DNA of 21,906 nucleotides from Armatimonadota bacterium (GTDB lineage Bacteria > Armatimonadota > Zipacnadia > Zipacnadales > UBA5352): assembly GCA_034722055.1 (NCBI GenBank), contig JAYENL010000272.1, forward strand, positions 1-21,906, given 5' to 3'. Position 1 is the stretch's first letter. Every line of letters begins with the position of its first letter. A program made the position numbers and the translations under genes. The notes beneath the pieces are model-generated. The model searched no databases, was not told the origin of the DNA, and saw nothing but the letters and a program-made list of their open reading frames with translations. Below are positions 1-7,946 of the stretch, one piece after another.

Positions 1-1387
1 GGGGGGCGGCATGCTGCTGCGGGAGGCGAACGTGCAGGCGCTCCGGGAGGCGGGCCCCATCATCTGCCTCACCGCCGAGCCGGAGGAGATCCTGCAGCGC
101 ACGACCGGGGATGAAACCCGCCCGCTCCTGCAGGTGGCGGACCCGGCCCAGCGTATTGCCGAGTTGCTGGATGCGCGCCAGGAGGCCTATGCGCGCGCTG
201 ACTACCATGTGGAGACCACGGGCAGGGCTGCCGAGGATGTCTGCGGTGAGGTGCTGGCGCTGCTGCACGAGGACCCGCGAGCACGGTGGCTGACACCGCA
301 GCGCACGCGGGTGCCCGTGGGCGTGGAGGGGGCGAGCTATGAGGTGGTCGTCGGGCGTGGACTGCTCGGGGAGCTGGGGGAGTTGTATCCGGCCCCAAGC
401 GCTGGCACTTGCGCGGCCCTGGTGACGACCGACCGCATCGGCCCGCTCTACGCCCAGCGAGCCGCGGAGGGGCTGCGCCCCGAGGGCTGGGACGTCCGGG
501 TGCTGACGGTCCCCGATGGGGAGGCCAGCAAGTCACTGAGCGTCTACGGAGAGCTGTGCGAGGGGATGGCCGCCGCCGGCCTGGATCGGGGCAGCACGGT
601 GTTCGCGCTCGGCGGAGGGGTCGTGGGCGACCTGGCGGGCTTTGCGGCGGCGACATACATGCGCGGGATCGACCTTGTTCATCTGCCCACCTCCCTGCTG
701 GCCCAGGTGGACAGCAGCGTGGGGGGGAAGACGGCCATCGACCTCAGCGCGGGGAAGAACCTCATCGGGGCCTTCCACCAGCCGCGGGCGGTCTTCGCCG
801 ACGTGGAGGCCCTCCACACGCTTCCGGAGGCCGAGGTGCGCTCGGGCCTGGGCGAGATCATCAAGCACGCCTGCTGCTTCGACACCGAGATGTTCGACTT
901 CATGGCTGCAAGTCGCAAGGCTGTGCTGAGAGGTGACCGTGCGGCGAGGGAGTACCTGGTGGCGCGCAACTGTCAAATCAAGGCGGAGGTGGTGGCGGAG
1001 GATCCCACGGAGCAGGGCGTGAGGGCGGTGCTCAACTACGGGCACACAGTGGGGCATGCCCTGGAGCGCGCTGCACCGCAGTGGGGCCTGCGGCACGGCG
1101 AGGTGGTGGGCATCGGTATGGTGGCCGAGAGCAGACTGGCCGTGCACCTTGGAATCGCCGCGGAGGAGACCGCGAAACGGCAGCGGGAGCTGATTGAGGC
1201 CTACGGGCTGCCCACGGTGGCGACGGGAGTGGATGCGGATGAGGCCGCCGCGGCGCTCCGCCGCGACAAGAAGATCGTCGGCGGGCGGCTTCGGCTTCCT
1301 CTGGTCCCGGAGATCGGGAGCTTCGTGATCGTCGAGGATGTAGACGTGGCAACGGTGGAGGACGCCCTGCGGGCGGTCGTGCAGTAG
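1..1387 (+). CDS. aroB: Bifunctional shikimate kinase / 3-dehydroquinate synthase (AroK-AroB fusion), 5' truncated by window edge
   Basis: Frame is open from base 2 (GGG-M-LLREAN, the shikimate kinase GGG motif), then the AroK C-terminal half (RPLL, R..AY). It continues into DHQ synthase motifs DGEASKS, GGGVVGDLAGF, PTSLLAQVDSSVGGKT, KNLIGAFHQP, LNYGHT.GHA.E, HGE, DKK. Confidence 0.95.
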   Translation, partial: GGGMLLREANVQALREAGPIICLTAEPEEILQRTTGDETRPLLQVADPAQRIAELLDARQEAYARADYHVETTGRAAEDVCGEVLALLHEDPRARWLTPQRTRVPVGVEGASYEVVVGRGLLGELGELYPAPSAGTCAALVTTDRIGPLYAQRAAEGLRPEGWDVRVLTVPDGEASKSLSVYGELCEGMAAAGLDRGSTVFALGGGVVGDLAGFAAATYMRGIDLVHLPTSLLAQVDSSVGGKTAIDLSAGKNLIGAFHQPRAVFADVEALHTLPEAEVRSGLGEIIKHACCFDTEMFDFMAASRKAVLRGDRAAREYLVARNCQIKAEVVAEDPTEQGVRAVLNYGHTVGHALERAAPQWGLRHGEVVGIGMVAESRLAVHLGIAAEETAKRQRELIEAYGLPTVATGVDADEAAAALRRDKKIVGGRLRLPLVPEIGSFVIVEDVDVATVEDALRAVVQ

Positions 1388-1389
1388 CC

Positions 1390-2910
1390 GTGCGCGGGCA
1401 TGCTGACTCCATGGATCGCAGGGTGGAAGGTCTGAATGAGCGGCGTCGGGACGCGGTCGACTCCCAGGCGGGGCACGACTGGGAGCGTGAGGTGCAGCCG
1501 TCCGCCGACGGGGCGGGGCGGGTGCTCATCAGCCGCCGTCGGCAGTCTGACGGCCTGGATCGAGATGAGCTCCGGGAGCGGGTGGATCGGGCCTGCCGCC
1601 TGCGACATCCCGGGCTGTGTCGGGTGACTGGGGTGCGAATCGGGGACGATGGCGTGCAGGTTATGGAGGAGCTGGGGCGCGCCCGGCGGCTGGACGATCC
1701 GCGGTGCCGGCTTCCGCGGGGAGGGCGGTTGGAGGAAGGGCTGCTGGGGGTGCTGGAGGCGCTGGCGTATCTGCAGCGGAACGGCCTCGTGCACGGCCGG
1801 GTCAGTGCCGACACGCTGGTGTCGGACGGCCGAGGCATCTACCTGACGGGCGCGGCGCTGGCCGGGGGGCGATCCGAGGAGCCGGAAGCGGCAGGGCGGG
1901 ACGTGCGGCAGTGGGCCGAGGTCGCGCGTGAAACGATCGACCGCAGTGGTCGTGCAGGCGCGGACGCCGGGGCGGTCAGACGGGCCGGTGCCGGGCTGAT
2001 GCGAGATGCCGACGGGCCAGTGCCGGGGGCGCCTCAGGCCGCCAGCCGAGTGCGGCAGGTATGGGCGAAGGAGAGGCTGGCCGCCGACAGGCATTCGCGG
2101 ACGACCGACGGCCCGGATGGGATCATGAACAAGGTCATCCACTTCACTGCGAGCCTGTTGCTGGGAATGCTGACCACCATCCTGACGGCTGCGGTCATCG
2201 CAGGGGCGGTCGCGGCCGGTGCTCTGTGGTTCCTCGATCGGCTCCCCCAGCAGGTGCCGGTGCCGAATGTGGTGGGGATGCCAATGGGGGAGGCGCGCGA
2301 ACGCCTCGGGGCCGCCGGGCTGGGAGTGGGAGACATCCGGCGCGTCTACCGCAGCGATCACCCGGCCGGGGAGGTGGCGGCGACCATGCCGGAGCCGGGG
2401 ATGACCGTGCGGCAGGGGCGTGAGCTGACCCTCGTTGTGAGTCAGGGCGCGGCACAGGTGCGGGTGCCCCGGCTGATCGGTCTGGAGGTGCAGGAGGCGA
2501 GGAGGCTTCTGAAGGAGAGCGGCCTGGGGCTGGCCGCGAGTGGGCAGACTCGCTCGCCGGCCCCGGAGGGCGAGATCGTGTGGCAGGATCCATCTCCGGG
2601 AGGGAAGGCGGCGCGCGGGGAGAGAGTTTCGGTGAAGACCAGCGGGGGGCCGGAGTACGGCCAAGTGAGGGTAAAGACGGACGATGGCGACACCGTGCCG
2701 GTGCTGTTCCGTCGCATTGAAGTCGTGGTGCCGATGGGGGACCCTCTGCAGCGGGTGAAGATCCTGGAGGGGTACAGGAGCCCGCTGGATGTGGGATACG
2801 ATCGCCTGCACCGACCCGGCGACCGCATCGAGTTCGACACCTACGGGCGAGCGGGAAAGCGGATTGAGGTGTGGATCGAGGGCGAGCGGGCGTACAGGAC
2901 GCGGCTTTGA
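1390..2910 (+). CDS. PrkC/PknB-like membrane protein: degenerate Ser/Thr kinase domain, TM helix, 2 PASTA repeats, C-terminal beta-rich domain
   Basis: Kinase-fold remnants HPGLCRV, VMEE, ALAYLQRNGLVH. Hydrophobic segment at about 2134-2235. PASTA repeats VPVPNVVGMPMGEA..L and VRVPRLIGLEVQEA..L, each ending in V/T-S-x-G. Start uncertain (1390 GTG or 1411 ATG). Confidence 0.85.
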   Translation: MRGHADSMDRRVEGLNERRRDAVDSQAGHDWEREVQPSADGAGRVLISRRRQSDGLDRDELRERVDRACRLRHPGLCRVTGVRIGDDGVQVMEELGRARRLDDPRCRLPRGGRLEEGLLGVLEALAYLQRNGLVHGRVSADTLVSDGRGIYLTGAALAGGRSEEPEAAGRDVRQWAEVARETIDRSGRAGADAGAVRRAGAGLMRDADGPVPGAPQAASRVRQVWAKERLAADRHSRTTDGPDGIMNKVIHFTASLLLGMLTTILTAAVIAGAVAAGALWFLDRLPQQVPVPNVVGMPMGEARERLGAAGLGVGDIRRVYRSDHPAGEVAATMPEPGMTVRQGRELTLVVSQGAAQVRVPRLIGLEVQEARRLLKESGLGLAASGQTRSPAPEGEIVWQDPSPGGKAARGERVSVKTSGGPEYGQVRVKTDDGDTVPVLFRRIEVVVPMGDPLQRVKILEGYRSPLDVGYDRLHRPGDRIEFDTYGRAGKRIEVWIEGERAYRTRL

Positions 2911-2912
2911 CC

Positions 2913-3518
2913 ATGAGAATCACGGACGCGGCAGCGGCCAACCTCTCTGACGAAGAGCTGATACGGGCCGCCAGGGCGGGAGATGACGAGGCCTTCGATC
3001 TCCTGGTGGAGGCCCATTACCGCAGCGTGTACAACACGGCCTACCGGATGCTCGGTCGGTCGAGTGCCGCCTCGGATGCCACGCAGACCACGTTTCTGCG
3101 CGTCTACGAAGCGCTGGATTCCTTCCGCGGCGATGCCAGCCTCAGCACGTGGCTGTATCGAATCACGATGAACGTCTGCCTGGACGAGCTCCGGCGGCGC
3201 AAGAACGAGCCGCTCAGCCTCACCGACGAGGACGACGATGGTGAGCCGGCTGGGGAGCGGGACCTGCCCGACGAGACTGCGGAGCCGGCGCAGACGGCGG
3301 AGCAACGAGAGCTGCAGGGGCTGGTACATGAGGCCATCGCACGGCTGCCGGTGGACTTCCGCACCGTGATTGTGCTCTACGACATTCGGGGGCTGTCGTA
3401 CCGGGAGATCGCCGACGTGCTGGAGATCCCCCTGGGAACGGTGAAGTCGCGACTGAACCGGGCGCGCGGGGCGCTCAAAGACGAGATGGCGCAGCACCTG
3501 GAACTTTTCGGCGGATAG
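2913..3518 (+). CDS. ECF-family RNA polymerase sigma factor (RpoE/SigW-like)
   Basis: SDEELI...GD..AF..L; region 2 WLYRITMNVCLDELRRR; region 4 LSYREIADVLEIPLGTVKSRLNRAR. ATG 2913 lies 2 nt after the upstream stop. Confidence 0.95.
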   Translation: MRITDAAAANLSDEELIRAARAGDDEAFDLLVEAHYRSVYNTAYRMLGRSSAASDATQTTFLRVYEALDSFRGDASLSTWLYRITMNVCLDELRRRKNEPLSLTDEDDDGEPAGERDLPDETAEPAQTAEQRELQGLVHEAIARLPVDFRTVIVLYDIRGLSYREIADVLEIPLGTVKSRLNRARGALKDEMAQHLELFGG

Positions 3519-3573
3519 GCCCGTCATATCGATGGCACGCCCACCACGCCGAGCTGCGAGGAACTGCCCACGC

Positions 3574-5139
3574 ATGACCTGTGAGTTCTGCCGGGAGAGA
3601 CTGACCGACTTCATCGAGGGGGAGCTGCCGCCGGACGTGGAGGACCAGGTCCGGGCACACCTCGCCGAGTGTGAGGAGTGCGCCCGCGAGCTGTCACAGC
3701 TTCGCGCGGTGGTCTCCGCCATCCACGCCCTGCCGGAGGTGGCGCCGCCGGCGGAGCTCAGACAGCGTCTGCGACGGATCCCGACGACGGCCGCGAGGGA
3801 GCCTGAGAGGCGTCCCGCCTGGCGCCGCGTGCGCTACGTGGTGGCATCGGTGGCCGCGGCAGCGGCAGCCCTGTTGCTCATCTGGGCCGGAACGACGGTC
3901 TTCCAGGGCGATGGCACCATCGGCGACTTCGGTCCGCGGGCCAGGGAGACCATGGCGGAGGAGCCGCCGCCCCCCGCGGGGGAGGTGGCGGAGGAGGTCG
4001 TGGCACCGCCGGAGGCTCCGGCGGTGGAGGAAGAGGGATTGGCTCTCGAGGAGACGGTCGCAGAGGAGGCCCCCGCGGCCGAGATGGAGGACGCGGGAGA
4101 CCTCCTGCGCGAGGTGACAGAGGAAGCGCCGCCCCCTGAGGCTGAGGTCGAGGAGCAGCCGCCCGCTGCGCCGCCGGCCCGCCCGGGCGGTGGCGGGGCG
4201 GGGGTCGGGGCGACTGAGCGCGACCGAGAGGCGCCGCGCGAGACGGGGGAGACGCCGCGCGTCTCATCCATGCGTGAGCCGAGTGTCGCGCTCCCACCGC
4301 CTCCGGTCGAGGCGGAGGCGGAAGGCGCGCCGGACACCGAGCCCGCCAGCGACGCGCTTGTGCCGTCGCCTGGCGCAACAGAGATGCGCGAAGAAGCCGC
4401 GGAAGAGGACGCGGATCGGGCGGAGATGCTGAGAGCTGTAGGGCCGGCCGGGCCTCGGGGGGCGGTCAGCACGATGGGGATGGCGCCGGGGCGCACCCTG
4501 GCCGCTCCGCAGCCGAAGTACCTCGAGGCCGGAGCCGATGGCGTAGCGGTTGCGGAGCCGGAGGAGGGCAGCCCCTTCACCGTATCGATCACGCCACCGA
4601 GCGAGAAGACTACAGGCCGGATCGTGCCGGCCACCATCGCCGTGGAGACCGAGAAGGATGTTGCGCGCGCGCAGATCACTGTCAGCGGCTCGGATGAGCT
4701 GGATCTGGTCGGTGTCAGGGGCGACAGGGTGCTGTTCGACGGGCCTCTGATGGCCGGGCAGGAGACCGTCCTGAGCGTGAGGATGCTGGCCCGGGATGCG
4801 GGCAGGCAGGTGCTGAACATGCGCCTGCAGAGCACCGACCCGGTGGTGGACACGGAGCTTGCGGTTAGCATGGGGCGGTTCACCGAGCCCGTGCCGCCGC
4901 GGGAGCGGCCGGTGAGCTTCGCCTTCGAGGGAACGCCGATTCGCGAGGCAGTGGCGGAGCTGGTGCGGCAGTCAGGAGTGCGCGTGCACGTGGACAACGC
5001 AGTGAGCGGGGCCAGGGTGAGCATCGCCACGGAGGATGAGATACCCGCGGAGGCGGCGCTGCGCTCGATCGCTGAGGCGGCCGGGCTGCAGATGCGCGTC
5101 TCTGAGGATGCGCTGTATGTCGAGCCCGCGGAGCCGTGA
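3574..5139 (+). CDS. Zinc-finger (zf-HC2/ZAS) transmembrane anti-sigma factor with long Pro/Glu/Ala linker, beta-sandwich domain and C-terminal STN/FecR-C-like domain
   Basis: MTCEFCRERL...HLAECEEC (HxxxCxxC); TM at about 3835-3891; C-terminus VSFAFEGTPIREAVAELVRQSGV...AALRSIAEAAGL matches the STN pattern. Directly follows the ECF sigma; GAGGA upstream of ATG 3574. Confidence 0.85.
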   Translation: MTCEFCRERLTDFIEGELPPDVEDQVRAHLAECEECARELSQLRAVVSAIHALPEVAPPAELRQRLRRIPTTAAREPERRPAWRRVRYVVASVAAAAAALLLIWAGTTVFQGDGTIGDFGPRARETMAEEPPPPAGEVAEEVVAPPEAPAVEEEGLALEETVAEEAPAAEMEDAGDLLREVTEEAPPPEAEVEEQPPAAPPARPGGGGAGVGATERDREAPRETGETPRVSSMREPSVALPPPPVEAEAEGAPDTEPASDALVPSPGATEMREEAAEEDADRAEMLRAVGPAGPRGAVSTMGMAPGRTLAAPQPKYLEAGADGVAVAEPEEGSPFTVSITPPSEKTTGRIVPATIAVETEKDVARAQITVSGSDELDLVGVRGDRVLFDGPLMAGQETVLSVRMLARDAGRQVLNMRLQSTDPVVDTELAVSMGRFTEPVPPRERPVSFAFEGTPIREAVAELVRQSGVRVHVDNAVSGARVSIATEDEIPAEAALRSIAEAAGLQMRVSEDALYVEPAEP

Positions 5140-5159
5140 CGTGCCGGGAGGCAGATCGG

Positions 5160-5954
5160 ATGAGCTGTGAGGGGAGGCAGTGCCGCCCGCGGCCATGGCT
5201 GCGGGCGGCTGCTGCGGTGGTGCTGGCAGGGCTGTGCGCGCTGGCCTGGGCCGATGATGACGTCCGGAGGCCGCGGGCGGCGGTCTATGACTTCACAGAT
5301 TCGGGCGACTGGCCGGGCCGCCTGGTCGGGCGGCGGGCCGCCGATGCGGTTCACGCTGAGCTGGCTGAGGCCGCGCCATGGGAGCTGGTGGATCGCGGCC
5401 TGGTGCTTCGACTGTGCGAGTCTGAGGGCCTGCAGCCGCCCTTTGGCGTGGGCTACCTGCAGATGCTTGGGGAGCGAAGTCGCTCGCCGCTGGCCGTGAC
5501 GGGCCTGGTGCGGACATGCACGGTCAACGAGCGGAGGGGCGTGGCGCAGGTGACCGTCCTGGCCGAGCTGATCGAGACCATCGGTGGGAGCAGCCTGGCC
5601 TCGGTGCGCGGAGTGGCGTCGGCTCGGCGCAAGCCGGGCGAGGTGGCCGCCATCGGGCAGGTCGTGGATCGTGCCCTGGGCGAGGCGGCTGGGGACATCG
5701 TGCGCTCGCTGACGAGATTCGATCCGACCCAGGCCCCGGTGGTGACCGTGCTGCCCGACGGGCGGGTGGTGATCGACGGCCCGGAGGAGCCGGCGCTGCG
5801 GCCCGGCGACGTGCTGCTGCTCTACCGGGGTGAGAACGGCAGCGCGGTTGGGGCCGTGCGCGTGGAGAGCGTGAGCCTGACTGTGGTGCACGCTCGCCCG
5901 CTGACCGGGTACGAGCCGCAGGCCGGCGACCGAGGTGTCCTGGTGGCCCGGTGA
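5160..5954 (+). CDS. Exported protein with CsgG/TolB_N-like domain and FlgT C-terminal-like beta domain
   Basis: Signal peptide ending ALAWA; AAVYDF...AADAVHAEL...WELVDR...LGE......VTG pattern; C-terminal VVIDG....LRPGD.L..YR....VG.VRV.SV. GGGAGG RBS at 5146-5151 (alternative GTG 5136 overlaps the upstream stop). Confidence 0.65.
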   Translation: MSCEGRQCRPRPWLRAAAAVVLAGLCALAWADDDVRRPRAAVYDFTDSGDWPGRLVGRRAADAVHAELAEAAPWELVDRGLVLRLCESEGLQPPFGVGYLQMLGERSRSPLAVTGLVRTCTVNERRGVAQVTVLAELIETIGGSSLASVRGVASARRKPGEVAAIGQVVDRALGEAAGDIVRSLTRFDPTQAPVVTVLPDGRVVIDGPEEPALRPGDVLLLYRGENGSAVGAVRVESVSLTVVHARPLTGYEPQAGDRGVLVAR

Positions 5955-5994
5955 GGAGAGTACAGAAAGGAATCCGGGCCGCGGACGCGGAAGG

Positions 5995-6025
5995 AAGCGG
6001 TGAAGCCGCGAGCTTCACCGCTTTT
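5995..6025 (+). terminator. Intrinsic terminator closing the signalling cluster
   Basis: Perfect 12-bp inverted repeat AAGCGGTGAAGC (5995-6006) / GCTTCACCGCTT (6012-6023), 5-nt loop, running into TTTT; 40 nt after stop 5954. Confidence 0.7.
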
Positions 6026-6047
6026 CGTCAGACAGGGCTTGAGGGAT

Positions 6048-7016
6048 GTGGTAGACACGCCGTTCCTGGGCCTCGACGTCGGGAACAGCCGGCTCAGCGC
6101 CGCGATGATCTCCGGGGATGGGCGGGTCCTGGCGCTCGCTGGGAGGAGCACGCCTGCGAGGCCCGAGAGTGCCGTTGGGGCGCTGGCGGAGCTGGCCCGG
6201 GGTGTCGCGGACGAGGCGGGGATCATACCGGAGGCCGGCGGGATCGGCTTCGGGGGACCGGTTGACGTCGCCGAAGGAGTCGTGAGGACGTCCTTCCTGT
6301 CCTCGGGATGGGAGGGCCTGAAGCTGGGGGGGATCCTGGCGGATGAGCTCGGTCTACGGACATTCCTTGTCAATGACGCCGACGCCGGCGGGCTGGGTGA
6401 AGCGCTGTTCGGCGCCGGGAAAGGTGCGGAGAGCGCGCTGTATGTCAACGTTGGCACGGGCATCGGCGGCGCGGTGGTGCTGGGCGGGAAGATCCGCACT
6501 GGGGCGACGAGCAGCGCAGGCGAGATCGGGCACTTCACGGTGGTGCCGGACGGGCCGCCGTGCGAGTGCGGGAAGCGGGGGTGCGCGCAAGCCGTGAGCT
6601 CCGGGACGGCCATGGCACGTCGGGCCCGGGAGCTGCTGGCGGCTGGCGGGGAGAGCGCGCTGAGCCACCAGCCCGGGGAGGAGCTGAGGGGCAGGGAGGT
6701 GGGGGAGGCCGCTGAGGGCGGGGATGCGCTGGCGCTGCGGGTGGTGACGGAGGCTGCCCGGTGGCTGGGAGTGGCGGTGGGCAACGCCGCGCTGCTCATC
6801 GATCCGGCGGTCGTGGTGATCGGCGGGGGGGTCGCTGAGATGGGCGAGACCTTCCTGGCACCGCTTCGGGACAGCTATGCGCGCACGGTGCTGGGACCGA
6901 TGGCCGGGACGCCGGTGGTGTCGGCGGCGCTGGGCTACGAGGCCGGCGTGATCGGAGCGGCGGCAGCGGCCATGACGCAGCAGGGCGCGCTTTCGGAGCC
7001 CACTACGGACGCGTGA
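6048..7016 (+). CDS. ROK-family sugar kinase (glucokinase-like)
   Basis: LGLDVGNS, NDADAGGLGE, GTGIGG, GEIGH, zinc motif CECGKRGC, IGGGV. No N-terminal HTH, so a kinase rather than a repressor. Start uncertain (6039 TTG or 6048 GTG); 6000 lies inside the terminator. Confidence 0.9.
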   Translation: MVDTPFLGLDVGNSRLSAAMISGDGRVLALAGRSTPARPESAVGALAELARGVADEAGIIPEAGGIGFGGPVDVAEGVVRTSFLSSGWEGLKLGGILADELGLRTFLVNDADAGGLGEALFGAGKGAESALYVNVGTGIGGAVVLGGKIRTGATSSAGEIGHFTVVPDGPPCECGKRGCAQAVSSGTAMARRARELLAAGGESALSHQPGEELRGREVGEAAEGGDALALRVVTEAARWLGVAVGNAALLIDPAVVVIGGGVAEMGETFLAPLRDSYARTVLGPMAGTPVVSAALGYEAGVIGAAAAAMTQQGALSEPTTDA

Positions 7017-7035
7017 CAGAGGTTGTGAGAGCACG

Positions 7036-7851
7036 ATGATCGATCTGAGCGACCTTGCGGGATATCCGCTGAAGTTCGACGCCGACACGTGTGGCGTATC
7101 CTTCGGACCTGACATGCGTATGCCGCAGTACAGCACCCGCGAGCTGGATGCGCTCCGACCGGTGCTGATGGACCCGGACGCGGAGGGGCCGGAGGTAATC
7201 TACTGGATGTACCGCCACTGCGGCCAGCCGGCGGATGCGGCGCTGTATGAGGCGCATAGTCTGCGGTATGACATCAGCGCATTCCGGGCCGTGACGCTGG
7301 GCCCGGAGTTCATGAAGACGTCCGGGCACTACCATCCAAACATCCCCGGGGAGAGCGTGGCCTTCCCCGAGGTCTACGAGGTGCTGCACGGCGAGGCGCT
7401 GTATGTGATGCAGACGGTGGACGACTACGGGGCCTCGCCGGAGGAGGTCGTGGTGGAGGATGTGATCATGTGCCGGGTGGAGGCCGGGCAGAAGATCATC
7501 ATGCCGCCCGGCTACGGCCACGTCACGGTGAACACGCTGGACGAGCCGCTGCTGATGAGCAACTGGGTGAGCAGCCGCTTCAGCTCCTTCTACGGCTCCG
7601 TCCAGGATGCGCGCGGGTTCTCGTGGTACGTGGTCAGTGACGGGGGCAGCCCCAGCTACCTGGAGAACAAGAGCTACGCTCAGGGCGTGCCGGCGGTGCG
7701 GTGGGCCGAGGTGCAGGAGGTGCCTGAGCTGGGGCTGACCTGGGGCACGCCGATGTATCAGGCCTGCGCCGAGGCCCCGGAGAAGTTCGAGTTCCTCAAC
7801 GACCCGGGGCCGCATCGGGAGCAGATCTGGGCGAATCTGACGCTAGCGTAG
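7036..7851 (+). CDS. Cupin-type (archaeal-type) glucose-6-phosphate isomerase family protein
   Basis: LRYDIS, G.EFMKTSGHYH, PEVYEVLHGEA and PPGYGHVTVN are the cupin GPI metal-binding motifs; adjacent to the ROK kinase. Confidence 0.85.
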   Translation: MIDLSDLAGYPLKFDADTCGVSFGPDMRMPQYSTRELDALRPVLMDPDAEGPEVIYWMYRHCGQPADAALYEAHSLRYDISAFRAVTLGPEFMKTSGHYHPNIPGESVAFPEVYEVLHGEALYVMQTVDDYGASPEEVVVEDVIMCRVEAGQKIIMPPGYGHVTVNTLDEPLLMSNWVSSRFSSFYGSVQDARGFSWYVVSDGGSPSYLENKSYAQGVPAVRWAEVQEVPELGLTWGTPMYQACAEAPEKFEFLNDPGPHREQIWANLTLA

Positions 7852-7946
7852 AGAGCGCGGGTTTGGGTGCAGGGGGCGGACGGGTAGAAGGAGAGGCAAT
7901 TCCGGCGAGTGCGGAGCCAGGCAGCAATCGGTACGGAGGTGACAGG

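Noticed and set aside
3950..4420. GAG/CCG-rich repetitive DNA as a repeat array or CRISPR
   Set aside because: It encodes the Pro/Glu/Ala linker of the anti-sigma; no fixed-length repeats with spacers were seen anywhere in the window.
5971..6025. GCGGAAGGAAGCGG resembling the SRP RNA core
   Set aside because: It lacks the upstream CAGG pairing and the AGCAG element; the sequence is better explained as the arm of a terminator hairpin.
7852..7946. Purine riboswitch upstream of guaB
   Set aside because: No TATAA...ATATGG...TCTAC core and little structure in the 95-nt gap.
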